A DNA stretch of 59,644 nt from a virus (IMGVR_UViG_3300048592_000721:1-59644); one strand, 5' to 3'. Numbered from the stretch's first letter, positions 7,006-17,573 are shown. Notes: generated by a model from the letters alone, not told the origin. Program-made: numbers and translations.

Positions 7006-8580
7006 ATGGCAGATACATTTTTCTCAAAACTTTGGAGAGCAACCATGAAAGGTTACAACGCTTTCCGCGCCTCTTATCTGGGCACGGATCAGGTCAACTT
7101 GCAAAACTTTGGCAACTTCGACGCGCGGAAGGTACGTTACTCATTGCTGTGGGCAATGTATGAAAACACGGCATACGATGAATTGCACAAGTGGTCAAAG
7201 TCGTACAAGGACAGCTACGGGCTTTATAACTTTATCCGCGCAATTTACAACCCGACCTACCGCATTGGCGAATTTTGGAAGAGTCACCTATGGGGCGGCT
7301 CACTCGATACTTTAGCGGGCGATGGAAAAACGATTCCCTCTGCGCTGCCAATCCTTACCGACAATGAAAGCCTGCGCCCGGCTATCGCGCAGATCTGGCA
7401 GTGGTCGAATTGGGAGATTCGCAAAGACATCTACTCGCTGTGGGGAACGGTCTTCGGGGATGGGTTTATCAAAGTCGTTGACGATCCAGATTTGAAAAAG
7501 GTGTACCTGTCCATCGTCCACCCTTCGCAGATCGCCGATTTGATTACAGACGCATGGGGCAACGTCAAGGGGTATGTGATCGAGTACGAGCGCGAAGATC
7601 CAAAAGAAAATCCGATGAAATTAACCGAGCAACCGAAGATGGTGACTTACCGCGAGGTCGCCTACCGTGATGGTCAAAGTGTGAGGTATGAAACGTATCT
7701 CAATAATGACCTGTACGCATGGAATGGCAAAGAAGCCGAGTGGGATGTGTCGCTGGGCTTTGTACCGCTGGTATTCATGAAGCACAATGATGTGGGGCTG
7801 GATTTTGGCTGGAGCGAGATCCACGCAGGGCTGCCGAAATTCCGTGAGGTGGATGATCAAGCCTCGAAACTCAATGACCAAATCCGCAAGGTGGTTGAAG
7901 GGGCGGGAATCATGGCGGGAGTCAATAAGCCGACGCCTGACGAACAAGAGCAAATGGAACTCGAAGCGCGAAAACTTGGCAGGGATGAAGCGCCGATGTA
8001 CTGGACAACAAACACGGATGCGAAGTACATCCCTTTGGTTGCGCCGTTGGATATTGCCCAGGTTGCCGCGAACATTCAGAACCTGCTCAAAGAACTGGAA
8101 CGCGATTACCCTGAATTGAACAGCGACATTCACAATATCACTGGCGATATATCGGGACGCGCCCTGCGCTTGAACCGCGCTCCCATCGAGGATAAGGTCA
8201 TGCAACGCCGACCCAACTACGATAATGCGTTGGTTCGCGCTCAAAAGATGGCGCTGTCCATCGGCGGGATGCGCGGCTACGATAACTTCAAGGGAATCAC
8301 TCTCGATAGTTTCCAAAAAGGCAATCTGGATCATTCCATTGGAGCGCGTCCAGTATTTGCCAAAGACCCGCTCGATGATCTCGAAGTCCAATCCGCGTTT
8401 TGGGCGGCTGCGGCTCAGGCAAAGAGCGCGGGGATGCCCTTGGAATCTTTTCTCGAAGAAAACGGTTGGACGAAGGATCGCATTTCCAAAGTGACCAAGA
8501 AAGTCGATGAGAACCGTAAGAAATTTGCCGCTGAAACGGACTTCTTCAACGACGACCAGAACAATCAAAATAACGAATAG
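7006..8580 (+). CDS. portal protein
   Basis: 524 aa directly after TerL. GTVFGDGFIK, GFVPLV and ISGRALR segments are typical of SPP1-like portals. Confidence 0.82.
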   Translation: MADTFFSKLWRATMKGYNAFRASYLGTDQVNLQNFGNFDARKVRYSLLWAMYENTAYDELHKWSKSYKDSYGLYNFIRAIYNPTYRIGEFWKSHLWGGSLDTLAGDGKTIPSALPILTDNESLRPAIAQIWQWSNWEIRKDIYSLWGTVFGDGFIKVVDDPDLKKVYLSIVHPSQIADLITDAWGNVKGYVIEYEREDPKENPMKLTEQPKMVTYREVAYRDGQSVRYETYLNNDLYAWNGKEAEWDVSLGFVPLVFMKHNDVGLDFGWSEIHAGLPKFREVDDQASKLNDQIRKVVEGAGIMAGVNKPTPDEQEQMELEARKLGRDEAPMYWTTNTDAKYIPLVAPLDIAQVAANIQNLLKELERDYPELNSDIHNITGDISGRALRLNRAPIEDKVMQRRPNYDNALVRAQKMALSIGGMRGYDNFKGITLDSFQKGNLDHSIGARPVFAKDPLDDLEVQSAFWAAAAQAKSAGMPLESFLEENGWTKDRISKVTKKVDENRKKFAAETDFFNDDQNNQNNE

Positions 8581-8588
8581 GCGGATTC

Positions 8589-9701
8589 ATGCTGCTGGCG
8601 GACGAACTCGACGCGCTGGTTGATCCCATCGTAGCGCTTTACGAGCAGTACACCCAATCGGTCATCAATGACATTGCCCGCCGACTGGCTGGCATGGATA
8701 TGACGGCGACGGCGGCATGGCAGATGCAGCGCCTGACGGAATCGGGACTGGTGTACGAAAATGCCCTCGATGAACTTGCCAGAATTACAGGCAGGTCAAA
8801 GAGGGTTTTACTCGAAGCCTTTGAAAAGGCGGGCGTGCAATCCCTGGCTTTCGATGATGCGATTTACACAGAAGCGGGGTTGAATCCGCTGCCGCTGAAT
8901 TTATCTCCCGCGATGGCGCGAGCTTTGGCGGCAGGGCTGAATAAGACTCAGGGCATTATCTCCAACTTGACCATGACCACAGCTTCGAGCGGACAACAGG
9001 CGTTTATCTCTGCGGCTGACCTGGCTTATATGCAGGTGGCAAACGGAGCGATGAGTTATGACCAGGCTATCCGCGCTGGAATCAGGCAGGTGGCGCGGGA
9101 TGGGCTTTCTGTGATTTCCTATCCCACTGGACGAGCCGACCAATTGGATGTCGCCATGCGCCGCACGGTTCTGACGGGCGTGTCTCAGACGACTGGCGTC
9201 ATGCAGATCGAGCGTATGAACGAGATGGGCGTTGACTTGGTGCAAACGTCGGCTCACATTGGCGCGAGACCAGCACACCAGTTATGGCAGGGACGGATTT
9301 TTTCGCGCTCAGGCAGGGATGGACGGTATCCCGATTTTGTTGCTGAGACAGGCTACGGGACGGGACCGGGGCTGATGGGGTGGAATTGCCGACATTCGTT
9401 TTATCCCTTCTTCGATGGGAGTTCAAAGAACGCCTACAAAAAGCGTGAGTTGGAATCGTTTTCCAATGCAGTAAAAACTTATCAGGATAAGGAAATAAGC
9501 GTGTACGACGCAACTCAAATCCAGCGCGGAATCGAACGAAAGATTCGCGCTTGGAAAAGACAGGCATATGCTTTTGAATCGGCGGGGTTGGATAATGCCC
9601 GTGAGATAGCCAAAATCAGGCTGTATCAGGCTGAGATGCGGGCTTTCATCAAGCAGACGGGTTTGAGTAGGCAGTATGTGAGGGAGAGCGTTTGTAACTA
9701 A
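8589..9701 (+). CDS. phage minor capsid protein (Phage_min_cap2-like)
   Basis: SAHIGARPAH..WQG and GWNCRHSFYPF motifs. The last codons are supplied by the MITE end. Confidence 0.85.
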   Translation: MLLADELDALVDPIVALYEQYTQSVINDIARRLAGMDMTATAAWQMQRLTESGLVYENALDELARITGRSKRVLLEAFEKAGVQSLAFDDAIYTEAGLNPLPLNLSPAMARALAAGLNKTQGIISNLTMTTASSGQQAFISAADLAYMQVANGAMSYDQAIRAGIRQVARDGLSVISYPTGRADQLDVAMRRTVLTGVSQTTGVMQIERMNEMGVDLVQTSAHIGARPAHQLWQGRIFSRSGRDGRYPDFVAETGYGTGPGLMGWNCRHSFYPFFDGSSKNAYKKRELESFSNAVKTYQDKEISVYDATQIQRGIERKIRAWKRQAYAFESAGLDNAREIAKIRLYQAEMRAFIKQTGLSRQYVRESVCN

Positions 9702-10014
9702 AAGGATAAAGTGGCCGCAATTTAAGCATAAAGTGGCCGCATTTTAGCCTGCTGACAATGTGCAATTGAAAAAAACTGGAATAGATTTAAAGGATAAAAT
9801 GACCGCAAATTATTTTTTGAAACCATAATGTGGCCGAGAGTTTAGATTGGATTTTCTTAGTAAAAGGTTGTTTTTCGTATTGAACGTAGATATTGGCGTA
9901 TTTCGGATTTCTTGTTGAATAAAACCATACCATGTTGGGCGTCGTGCCAGTTTTTATAACTATGCTTTTAAAGGATAAAGTGGACTAAGCGGCCACTTTA
10001 TCCTTTTAGTTACA
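9693..10014. mobile_element. non-autonomous 322-bp transposon (MITE) with TGT...ACA ends
   Basis: Perfect 26-bp TIRs (TGTAACTAAAAGGATAAAGTGGCCGC) at 9693-9718 and 9989-10014. 5-bp TSD GCGTT at 9688-9692 and 10015-10019. Internal GGATAAAGTGGCCGC-like repeats. Confidence 0.9.
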
Positions 10015-10098
10015 GCGTTGTGAGGGCTTAAATAAAAATGCCCAAGTAGGACGAGGGGGGCGTCCAACAAGGGCAAGACGAATTATAGCAGAATTGCT

Positions 10099-10338
10099 TT
10101 ACAAGTCAAATTTGTTTTTTGCGTGTTTGATGATTTTAGAAAAAACAGGGATACTCATCACAAACACCAATATCCAAGTACCAACCCAGAAAGCAAAATC
10201 CGTCTCGTCGGGGTACTTTATTGTGAACATCCATATTGCACCAGTCACAATTGCGTCCCACAATTGCTTTGCCAAGCCTTCGCCAATTTGCATATTTACC
10301 TCTCTATTCTTTACGAATATGAGGGCAATTTGTTTCAC
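10099..10338 (-). CDS. small membrane protein
   Basis: ORF with two hydrophobic segments. Start uncertain. Confidence 0.35.
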   Translation of the reverse strand: MKQIALIFVKNREVNMQIGEGLAKQLWDAIVTGAIWMFTIKYPDETDFAFWVGTWILVFVMSIPVFSKIIKHAKNKFDL

Positions 10339-10365
10339 TCAAACTACAACCTTGGTAATTGACCG

Positions 10366-10410
10366 ACCATCTCATCAATAGCGGACTCCGTCTCGGACAT
10401 ATCCGCCCGC
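10366..10410 (-). pseudogene. relic duplicate of the RM enzyme C-terminus
   Basis: 39/45 nt match to 10753-10797. Encodes ADMSETESAIDEMV versus ADTSKEESAIDELV. Confidence 0.65.
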
Positions 10411-10446
10411 TGATACTCTACCTTTACCTTCGCGAGCATATCTAGT

Positions 10447-10695
10447 TTATAAGTAATCATCTGGGACTTTCCCTTCTTCAACTACAACAAATGCACCCAA
10501 CTCTTTTGTGTCATCCCCAATTACCCAAGTCACTTGGATAACCTTACCTTCCATTGCTGTGCTAGCAGTCGATGAATCGTCCAAAATAACTACATGATCT
10601 CCCACTCTAGGAATAGGTATCTTTTTATAGTCAAACCTAAAAGATTTTGTTCCATTTGCGTTAATGATGTCAAAGGAAGTTGTTTTTTTTGTCAT
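10447..10695 (-). CDS. hypothetical protein
   Basis: 82-aa ORF coupled to the RM gene stop. Confidence 0.6.
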   Translation of the reverse strand: MTKKTTSFDIINANGTKSFRFDYKKIPIPRVGDHVVILDDSSTASTAMEGKVIQVTWVIGDDTKELGAFVVVEEGKVPDDYL

Positions 10696-13600
10696 TATTC
10701 TTTTCCTTCCACAATCTTGACTTCTTCCTCACTCAACCCATACAACTCATACACCAACTCATCAATAGCGGACTCCTCCTTGGACGTATCCGCCTGCGGA
10801 TTCCCTCTCTTCGCCGCCAATATTTGATCTACCAGTTTGACGAAAGGTTTTTGCTTCTCGTCAGAAATTCTCCGAACGGGAATCTCTGAAAGTGGCTTTT
10901 GGTATAGTTCGAGCATTTCCCCTTTTCTTTTACCCCGATTATAGAGCCAAAGAAAATAAAGCTTTGAATTCAACAATGCCAAAATATATTTAAGGGATAC
11001 AGACGTGTCTTTTTGTGTAATGAAATATACGTCTGCACTTGCATACCAAGGTATTTCGTTATATCCAAATGTGTTTGCATAACTTCTTTGTGGCGCAACG
11101 ATTTTTGGAGTAGTGAAATCAAACTCTTTTCTTGCAGATGAGAGAGCCCACCACTTTCCTAAATTCTTTGCTTTGCTCAACTCACCACTTTCGTAGTTTC
11201 TGGATTTTATGATCGACTCGAATCTTGACAGGTGTTTATAAACATTTTTATGCTTCGGGAGATCTGTGTCTGTGGTAACTTGAATAACCCATTTGGTGTT
11301 TCGGGTGCTCGTATAAAATTTTCCTATGTCAGAATTTTTGAACCAGGGTTTTATAATTACTTTGTCGTCAAGCCTTTTTGCGGTAGCGCTATCAATGACA
11401 TAAACACCCTCGCCGTTGGTTATCTGTAATTTTGGGTGCTTTTCAAAATGCTTTTTGGATATTTTATCTATGCCAGTAACTATACCTTGGCTTATGTGGC
11501 ACAAAATTCCGAGATCTCTATAATCAACTTGCATTTTCTGCAAAATATTTTGAGTGGTATTGCTGGCATCTACTCCATTTGAATTGCTTGTTCTTATATA
11601 GTTTTGCGTACCATCGTACAAGTCAGATTGCTTTACGCTTGAGTAATTAGTTTGGCTATCTGTTTTATTTAATATTGAGTGTAATTCATCGGGGGTTACA
11701 GTTCCTGTGCGATTAGTTGACACTATTTCGCAAAGACTATTTGCTTGTGGTTTTGTTAGCATTGTTATTAAGTTGTGTTGACCCGTTGCTGATTCGAATA
11801 CAGTTATTTCTCCTAAATTTACAAGTTTAGAAATAGAGACTCGACTCTTGAAGTCAGTTCTTAATTTCACAGCACTATCTGCAGTTGAATAGTAATTCGT
11901 TGTAATAAAAATAATTGTAGAATTTTTCCCACTCAAATCAATAGCCTTATGGAAAAAATAGTAAAAAAGATCCATTCTTTCATTGTTAAATCTTTTCCCT
12001 AAAGATGTTTCCTTCATTCTTCTAAAGAATTCTTTTTGCCCACCTTTATGACCAACATATGGCGGGTTTGCAATTAGTATGTCAAACCCATTTTTGTCAT
12101 GAAAGACTTCAGAGAAATAAATGTCAAAGTCGAATTGTGCATGTCCGTTTGTTATCTGTTCAATCAAACCATCAATCTTCTTTTTGTACTCCTGCTTTTT
12201 AGTAGGGTTAGTCACGTTGAAGTATAAAGGTTTCAAGGACTCAAGTTTGGCGAATAAATGTGCGTTGAACAAATTCTTTTCAACCCCAACTAATGAATTG
12301 CCACACACAACCTTATAGTCCAAGTTGGGCAAAGGCTTGATGTTTTGCGGGTCGTCTTCATCTACCACCAACGAGAGCCACAGGCGTAGTTTGGCAATTT
12401 CCACTGCGCCTGAGTCAATATCTACACCGTAGAGCGAGTTTTCAATACACTCGCGTTTGAAGTCATACACTGTCTTTTTGATTTTCGACCATGTTTTCAG
12501 CACATTCCGCGCACGTACGATCTCGCTCATCATGCCCACGGGGAACGCACCGCTGCCCACCGCAGGGTCACATACTTTGATGTTCGCCAGTTTTTCATCG
12601 ATCAATGCCGCGTTCTTGCGGATGGATTCAGCAATAATGGGGGAATAGGTTCCAGTTTCTTTGTTAGCGGCTTGGGCTTCGTGTTCGCGTAAATCTTCAC
12701 CGTGCTGAATCAGCAAAGCAATTGCTTCCTTTGTAGGCAACTCCGCTGGTTGAGTAGGACGAGTGCTCTTCTCGTCCGTATCGAAACCAGCAGTGGGGTT
12801 TAGCTCCGTGTGCAGGTAATTGATCAAGCTCTGCTGGCACATGTAATGCACGATCTCGCGCGGGGTGTAATACACGCCATACTGCTTGTTGAACTTGCTC
12901 TCTTCGCCCTTTTTGCCGCTCTCCAATGCCTTTAGGAATTCCCCATAATTGTCGGGGCGGATGGCGTTGAACTTTTCGTATGCCTTGCCGAGCAGTTCGG
13001 GGTCGATTGCCACTTCTTTTTCGAAAGGCTCATCTTCCTTCACCGTAAAGTTATAGCGGTCAAAGATGTCCAGAATGCCGTCGCCCGTATCGCCTTCATC
13101 GGTCTTATTTTTATTCGAGAACAACTCGTTGGAAAGCAGAATTTCCGTCTTGACCCAATCGTAATTATTCATGGGGTCGAACAGTCCGCCGTTCAGGAAG
13201 GGGATCTTGCAATCGAAGAGCCTGTAATAATGGTCATCGTGACTGCGATCCATGCGCAGGGCGTCATAAAACAGAGGTTCAAGGATGTCGTTGAAGAAGT
13301 TCTTGTAATCGCCGTGCTTCTTCTCGAACAGTTCGCGCAAAAAGTTCTTCGAGCCGTCGCCCCATGCCGCCTCGGTGGGTACGCCGAACCAGCCCTTCTT
13401 TTGCAGGTAATACAAAAAGACGATCTGCCCCAGCAGTTTCTTGGCAAGGTTCACCGTGTCGATGTCCTTACTCCTGAAATCGGCTTTTGTCTTCGCGTTT
13501 TTATCAATCGTCTTATCCAGTTCATCCTTTGTCCAAATGAACAACCCGCGATACTTCTCGAAGAACTCCTTCGTCACCTTCTCGATGTTGAAGGCTTCCT

Positions 13601-14159
13601 CCAATTGCGCCAGCGTCGGGTTCTTATCGGTATCTGCCATCATCGGCACGAACTGCTTCTGCGCCGTGTGACTCTTTTCATGACTCCCCACCAGGAATGA
13701 CCAGCGCCTCGCAGGTGTAAACTCATCTTTGACCTTGATCTGCCCCTCGTCATTCGCCTCCAGCTTAACCTCCAGCTTGACCAGCGAAAAACGCCAATCC
13801 TCCCCGTTGGGCGCTACAAAAGCCACCAGAGCGGCTTTCCTGTCTTTTCTGCTCAAATACTTCGCAATGAAATTTCTCTGCATGGTGCGGGCGCGGTCAA
13901 CCGACCCATCCCGCCTCAAATGGACGATCAACACATCGATCTCATCTTCGCCGTCCGAATACTTCGCCACCCGCTCGAACAGGCTCACATGCTTATCGAA
14001 GTCATCGAAAATCAAGTTACCCTTGTATGAAAAGGTCGCGGTCGCGCTAAAATCCGCCTCATTCAACAAAGACTTGATGAACTTGATATACCCAGCCTTA
14101 TCAAACTTCGACTGGAACGTATCCTTAATAAGATCGATTGCCCATTGATTTTTATTCAT
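10695..14159 (-). CDS. type IIG (Eco57I-like) restriction-modification enzyme with TaqI-C-like TRD
   Basis: LNGGLF, GVYYTP, DPAVGSGAF (motif I), ANPPY (motif IV) and C-terminal LALLNSKL/IDELVYELYGL. Confidence 0.88.
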   Translation of the reverse strand: MNKNQWAIDLIKDTFQSKFDKAGYIKFIKSLLNEADFSATATFSYKGNLIFDDFDKHVSLFERVAKYSDGEDEIDVLIVHLRRDGSVDRARTMQRNFIAKYLSRKDRKAALVAFVAPNGEDWRFSLVKLEVKLEANDEGQIKVKDEFTPARRWSFLVGSHEKSHTAQKQFVPMMADTDKNPTLAQLEEAFNIEKVTKEFFEKYRGLFIWTKDELDKTIDKNAKTKADFRSKDIDTVNLAKKLLGQIVFLYYLQKKGWFGVPTEAAWGDGSKNFLRELFEKKHGDYKNFFNDILEPLFYDALRMDRSHDDHYYRLFDCKIPFLNGGLFDPMNNYDWVKTEILLSNELFSNKNKTDEGDTGDGILDIFDRYNFTVKEDEPFEKEVAIDPELLGKAYEKFNAIRPDNYGEFLKALESGKKGEESKFNKQYGVYYTPREIVHYMCQQSLINYLHTELNPTAGFDTDEKSTRPTQPAELPTKEAIALLIQHGEDLREHEAQAANKETGTYSPIIAESIRKNAALIDEKLANIKVCDPAVGSGAFPVGMMSEIVRARNVLKTWSKIKKTVYDFKRECIENSLYGVDIDSGAVEIAKLRLWLSLVVDEDDPQNIKPLPNLDYKVVCGNSLVGVEKNLFNAHLFAKLESLKPLYFNVTNPTKKQEYKKKIDGLIEQITNGHAQFDFDIYFSEVFHDKNGFDILIANPPYVGHKGGQKEFFRRMKETSLGKRFNNERMDLFYYFFHKAIDLSGKNSTIIFITTNYYSTADSAVKLRTDFKSRVSISKLVNLGEITVFESATGQHNLITMLTKPQANSLCEIVSTNRTGTVTPDELHSILNKTDSQTNYSSVKQSDLYDGTQNYIRTSNSNGVDASNTTQNILQKMQVDYRDLGILCHISQGIVTGIDKISKKHFEKHPKLQITNGEGVYVIDSATAKRLDDKVIIKPWFKNSDIGKFYTSTRNTKWVIQVTTDTDLPKHKNVYKHLSRFESIIKSRNYESGELSKAKNLGKWWALSSARKEFDFTTPKIVAPQRSYANTFGYNEIPWYASADVYFITQKDTSVSLKYILALLNSKLYFLWLYNRGKRKGEMLELYQKPLSEIPVRRISDEKQKPFVKLVDQILAAKRGNPQADTSKEESAIDELVYELYGLSEEEVKIVEGKE

Positions 14160-14173
14160 AAAATTTTCCCTTG

Positions 14174-17100
14174 TTACTTCAAATACATACTCAAAATAAC
14201 TTCACGCTTCCCCGCTGACCTCGGGTTCTCGTCCACATAATGACTTCCCAACAGCCCTGCGGGGATCGTCATTCGCAGCAGTCCCAACACTTTCAGCGGA
14301 GATGTCCAATCTGAGTTATTGGCATTCAAAGCCTTAAGCGTGGCTTTAATGGTTTGTTTGGGTAAACCGCCCACTTTCAATTTCTCGATAATGGCTTGCA
14401 CAACGGCTTCCTGTTCCTCAGTTAATTGCTTGGTGTTTTTGAATACCGCCATAAGGATTCGCAAGACTTTCTCGTCACTGCCTCTGCCTTTGCGGGTTTG
14501 CAGTGTCATCGCTTCCTCGGTGGTCGCTGCAATGAAGGCATCCTTGTTCTTATCCAGCAGGTCGTAATACGCTTCCGAGACCTTTTCTCTCTTCTCGTCA
14601 GGCGTACACGCCAGCGTCTCCGCAGCTGCGATCAAATCAAGCTCCCATGCATCAAGATTATCGCCAGCGATAAAGAACTTCTGCACCTTCCCCTTGCGGA
14701 AATATGTAATTAGTGAATTTTGCAAGGATGGGTTGCTCTTGCCTGAACGCGCTTTTCTTGGCAGGTACTTAATCTTCTCGAACAAATCCTCATCGTTGTC
14801 GCGAATATCTTTAATGATTTTCAGGTACTTCAATTCGCTGGTTTCCGAACCATCTTCGCCAGTGATCGTTTTTTTGGAAATCAAACGGTCAAATAATTCA
14901 TGCGACCCAACAGGCTCTCCCTCGGTTAACAGCGCAGCGTCTCCGCCCAACAGCGAAAGGAAAGCGTTGATCTTTGCCTCTGCCGCTTCCTTGAGCCCGA
15001 TCTCGTTATTGGCTTGTGTAGTGGGAAAGAAGTTGAAGGTATAGATCGTGTCAAACTTCGTATCCACACGGTTGATACGTCCCACACGCTGCATCATGCG
15101 CGTCGGGTTCCACGGGATGTCGTAATTAATCACCACGTTGGAACGGTGCAGGTTCACGCCTTCCGAGAGAACTTCCGTGGCAACTAGAATGCGGTAATCA
15201 TTCCTCGGGTTCTTCGCCTTTGCATCGAAATTCTTGATGATGGTCTCGCGCACCCCTTCGCCTGACCCGCCCGAAAAACAAACTGCCTGATCTTTATGCG
15301 CCTTGTTGATATTCAGTGTCAGGTATTCCGCCGTCTCTTTTGATTCGGTGAACAGGATGATCTTGTTTTCCTTCAATAGCTTATTCTTTGAAAGCTGCTT
15401 CAACAGCGCCAATAGTTTGGGGTCGCGTTCCACGGTATCCCAAAGCTTTTTCACTTTCCTGAGAATGGCAAGGTCGCTCTTGAGGTAGGTCAGTAGTTCA
15501 GGGCGGAATTCACTGCTCTTGTACTTCTCCGCCTTGCCTTCTTCGATCAGGTGTTCCACTGCATCATCATTATCATTGTCGAGATATTCGAATATTTTAT
15601 AAGTATGCTTCTTGCTGGTGTAAACATTGCCCTTTTCAAACTCCCTGATGAATAGTTCATAAGAGTGAATGAACCTGCTAATGGAATTACGGAAGGCAAA
15701 GAAACTGCTTTCCAGCCGTTTGATGAGCAATATCTTCATGAACTTTCCCATGTTCCTTTGGGATTGTTCTTCCAGTTGGTCGAGCGGCTTTTTCAAATAC
15801 AGCAGGGGCGTGTAACGCGCATACTTGAATTCCTGTGAGAGCAATTCCATTGTCGCGTTGAAGACCTTGTCCTCTTCATCGTTCAATTCATAGTAAAGAG
15901 GCTCTGGCGCGGCAACATCTGGAAAGCGCAGTCCCTGTTTCTTCATGTCCTTGCCGAAGAAGTCAATAATCTCCGCGCGGGTACGGCGCACCATCAGGTA
16001 TTTCAAGACCTTTTCGCGAATTTCCTTTGAGTTTGAGCGTACCGTAGCGAGATAGTCTTCATAATCCGCCTGTCGATCCAGATCGGTCAGGTTCTTTGCC
16101 AGCCCCTTGAAGAAGTCTTCAATATCAGGCATATTGGGAATCGTGCTTTTCTTCGAGTTCTGGAAAAGCTTAATCTCGCTCAAAATGTCCCACGGTGAGT
16201 TGTTGTATGGTGTTGCAGTTACGAGAATAACGCGCTTGTTACGGCAAATTTCCGCCAGCATTTCATACGTGCGGTTGCCTTCATTGCGGAAGCGGTGCGC
16301 TTCATCAATGATGACGTTCTTGTATTTATCGGTGTCGCGTTCAAGCAAATCTTCCAGCTTACCGATGGATTCGAAATCCGCTGCAACTCTGAAATCAGAG
16401 AAAGCGTTCGGCCACGAACCAGGGTTATCTCTGTCCAAAAGCACAGGCGGCGCAATAACTAATGTCCTGCCATCCAACTGTCCAGCCAGCAACGTGGCAA
16501 TGTACGTCTTACCCAAACCTACCACATCAGAAATAAAGACACCGCCGTATTCTTCAACGATCTTCTTGGCGTTCAGAACTGCCTGTTCCTGATATTCAAG
16601 TCTCATGAAGTTTTCAGGCGTGTAATTGACAAATACCTCATCGGTCTGGTTTAGTTCGTCCTTGAAATATTCGTACAAGAGTTTCAAGTAAAGTTCGTAC
16701 GGGCTGATATCCTGACTAAGCCATGTTTTGGTTTCGATGGTTTCAATATATTTATCGCTGATGTCAACCGCGTCCAGCCATAGTTGCTCGAACTTATCAC
16801 GCGCGAATTTATGGTCTGCGGCATTCTTGAGTTCCACATTGAATTCAAGGTTTTCCACCAATCCAGATTGTGTCAGGTTGCTTGAACCAGTAATCACCCG
16901 CCCTGTATCTCTGTCACCTTCCTTGAAGGTCACAATATAAACCTTCGCGTGAATATTTTGCGAAGGATATACCTTTATTTCCAGTTTCCCGCTTTTGATC
17001 CATTCAATGAACTTTGCAACACCCAATTCAATGTTTTTGCTGTCCAGTGAATCTTCCAATTCCTTGGTCAGTTGATTAACAAATAAATCTTTGGCTTCCT

Positions 17101-17362
17101 TGCGGGATGGGTCAGCCAGTTCAAGCTGCTTTTCCACTTTTGCTGTTTGAAACAAATCAAAGGTACTTTTATCCGTGCTAATTCCCACCAGAATTCTGAT
17201 CTTCTCCGTGCCTTCAAGCGATTGATAAATGGCATAAAACCCGCTTGTGTAAAAATAACCCGACAATACATCGAAAAAACGGGCATCCCTGATAAGGACA
17301 TTGAATCTGTCCTTTAGGCTTTGTCCGTTCTCGTTCGTAATGAAAGTGAGATCTGTGGTCAT
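14174..17362 (-). CDS. PLD-domain nuclease fused to SNF2/DEAD-type helicase
   Basis: HAKVY...GSSN PLD motif, DVVGLGKT Walker A, DEAH, TATP and QRVGRINR. Confidence 0.88.
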   Translation of the reverse strand: MTTDLTFITNENGQSLKDRFNVLIRDARFFDVLSGYFYTSGFYAIYQSLEGTEKIRILVGISTDKSTFDLFQTAKVEKQLELADPSRKEAKDLFVNQLTKELEDSLDSKNIELGVAKFIEWIKSGKLEIKVYPSQNIHAKVYIVTFKEGDRDTGRVITGSSNLTQSGLVENLEFNVELKNAADHKFARDKFEQLWLDAVDISDKYIETIETKTWLSQDISPYELYLKLLYEYFKDELNQTDEVFVNYTPENFMRLEYQEQAVLNAKKIVEEYGGVFISDVVGLGKTYIATLLAGQLDGRTLVIAPPVLLDRDNPGSWPNAFSDFRVAADFESIGKLEDLLERDTDKYKNVIIDEAHRFRNEGNRTYEMLAEICRNKRVILVTATPYNNSPWDILSEIKLFQNSKKSTIPNMPDIEDFFKGLAKNLTDLDRQADYEDYLATVRSNSKEIREKVLKYLMVRRTRAEIIDFFGKDMKKQGLRFPDVAAPEPLYYELNDEEDKVFNATMELLSQEFKYARYTPLLYLKKPLDQLEEQSQRNMGKFMKILLIKRLESSFFAFRNSISRFIHSYELFIREFEKGNVYTSKKHTYKIFEYLDNDNDDAVEHLIEEGKAEKYKSSEFRPELLTYLKSDLAILRKVKKLWDTVERDPKLLALLKQLSKNKLLKENKIILFTESKETAEYLTLNINKAHKDQAVCFSGGSGEGVRETIIKNFDAKAKNPRNDYRILVATEVLSEGVNLHRSNVVINYDIPWNPTRMMQRVGRINRVDTKFDTIYTFNFFPTTQANNEIGLKEAAEAKINAFLSLLGGDAALLTEGEPVGSHELFDRLISKKTITGEDGSETSELKYLKIIKDIRDNDEDLFEKIKYLPRKARSGKSNPSLQNSLITYFRKGKVQKFFIAGDNLDAWELDLIAAAETLACTPDEKREKVSEAYYDLLDKNKDAFIAATTEEAMTLQTRKGRGSDEKVLRILMAVFKNTKQLTEEQEAVVQAIIEKLKVGGLPKQTIKATLKALNANNSDWTSPLKVLGLLRMTIPAGLLGSHYVDENPRSAGKREVILSMYLK

Positions 17363-17390
17363 TATCAACCTTTATTTTTTCTATAAACGC

Positions 17391-17534
17391 ATAAAAAAAC
17401 CGCCTGCACAATTTGCGGAGGCGGTAGGAATATGCTATCATCACCCTAACGACTGCGCGGCGGAATCGCGTAGTGCATTTCCAAGCCTTGTGAGATTGCC
17501 GTCTCATGAGGCTTTTTTATTTCGCGCAATTATA
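17391..17534. ncRNA. bidirectional sRNA/attenuator-like element, copy B
   Basis: Homologous to 946-1082 with compensatory stem changes. Directly upstream of the helicase-RM operon. Confidence 0.6.
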
Positions 17535-17573
17535 CGCCCAAACAGGTCGAAATCAAAAATAGAATAATTGTGC

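Noticed and set aside
7621-8568. Long antisense ORFs (also 19345-20229, 38131-38973, 52336-53109, 56453-57280)
   Set aside because: They are shadow frames of well-supported genes with no motifs or RBS.
10695-17362. Complete DISARM or BREX system
   Set aside because: No drmA/drmB or brxC/pglZ homologs are visible. Only the helicase-RM pair is present.
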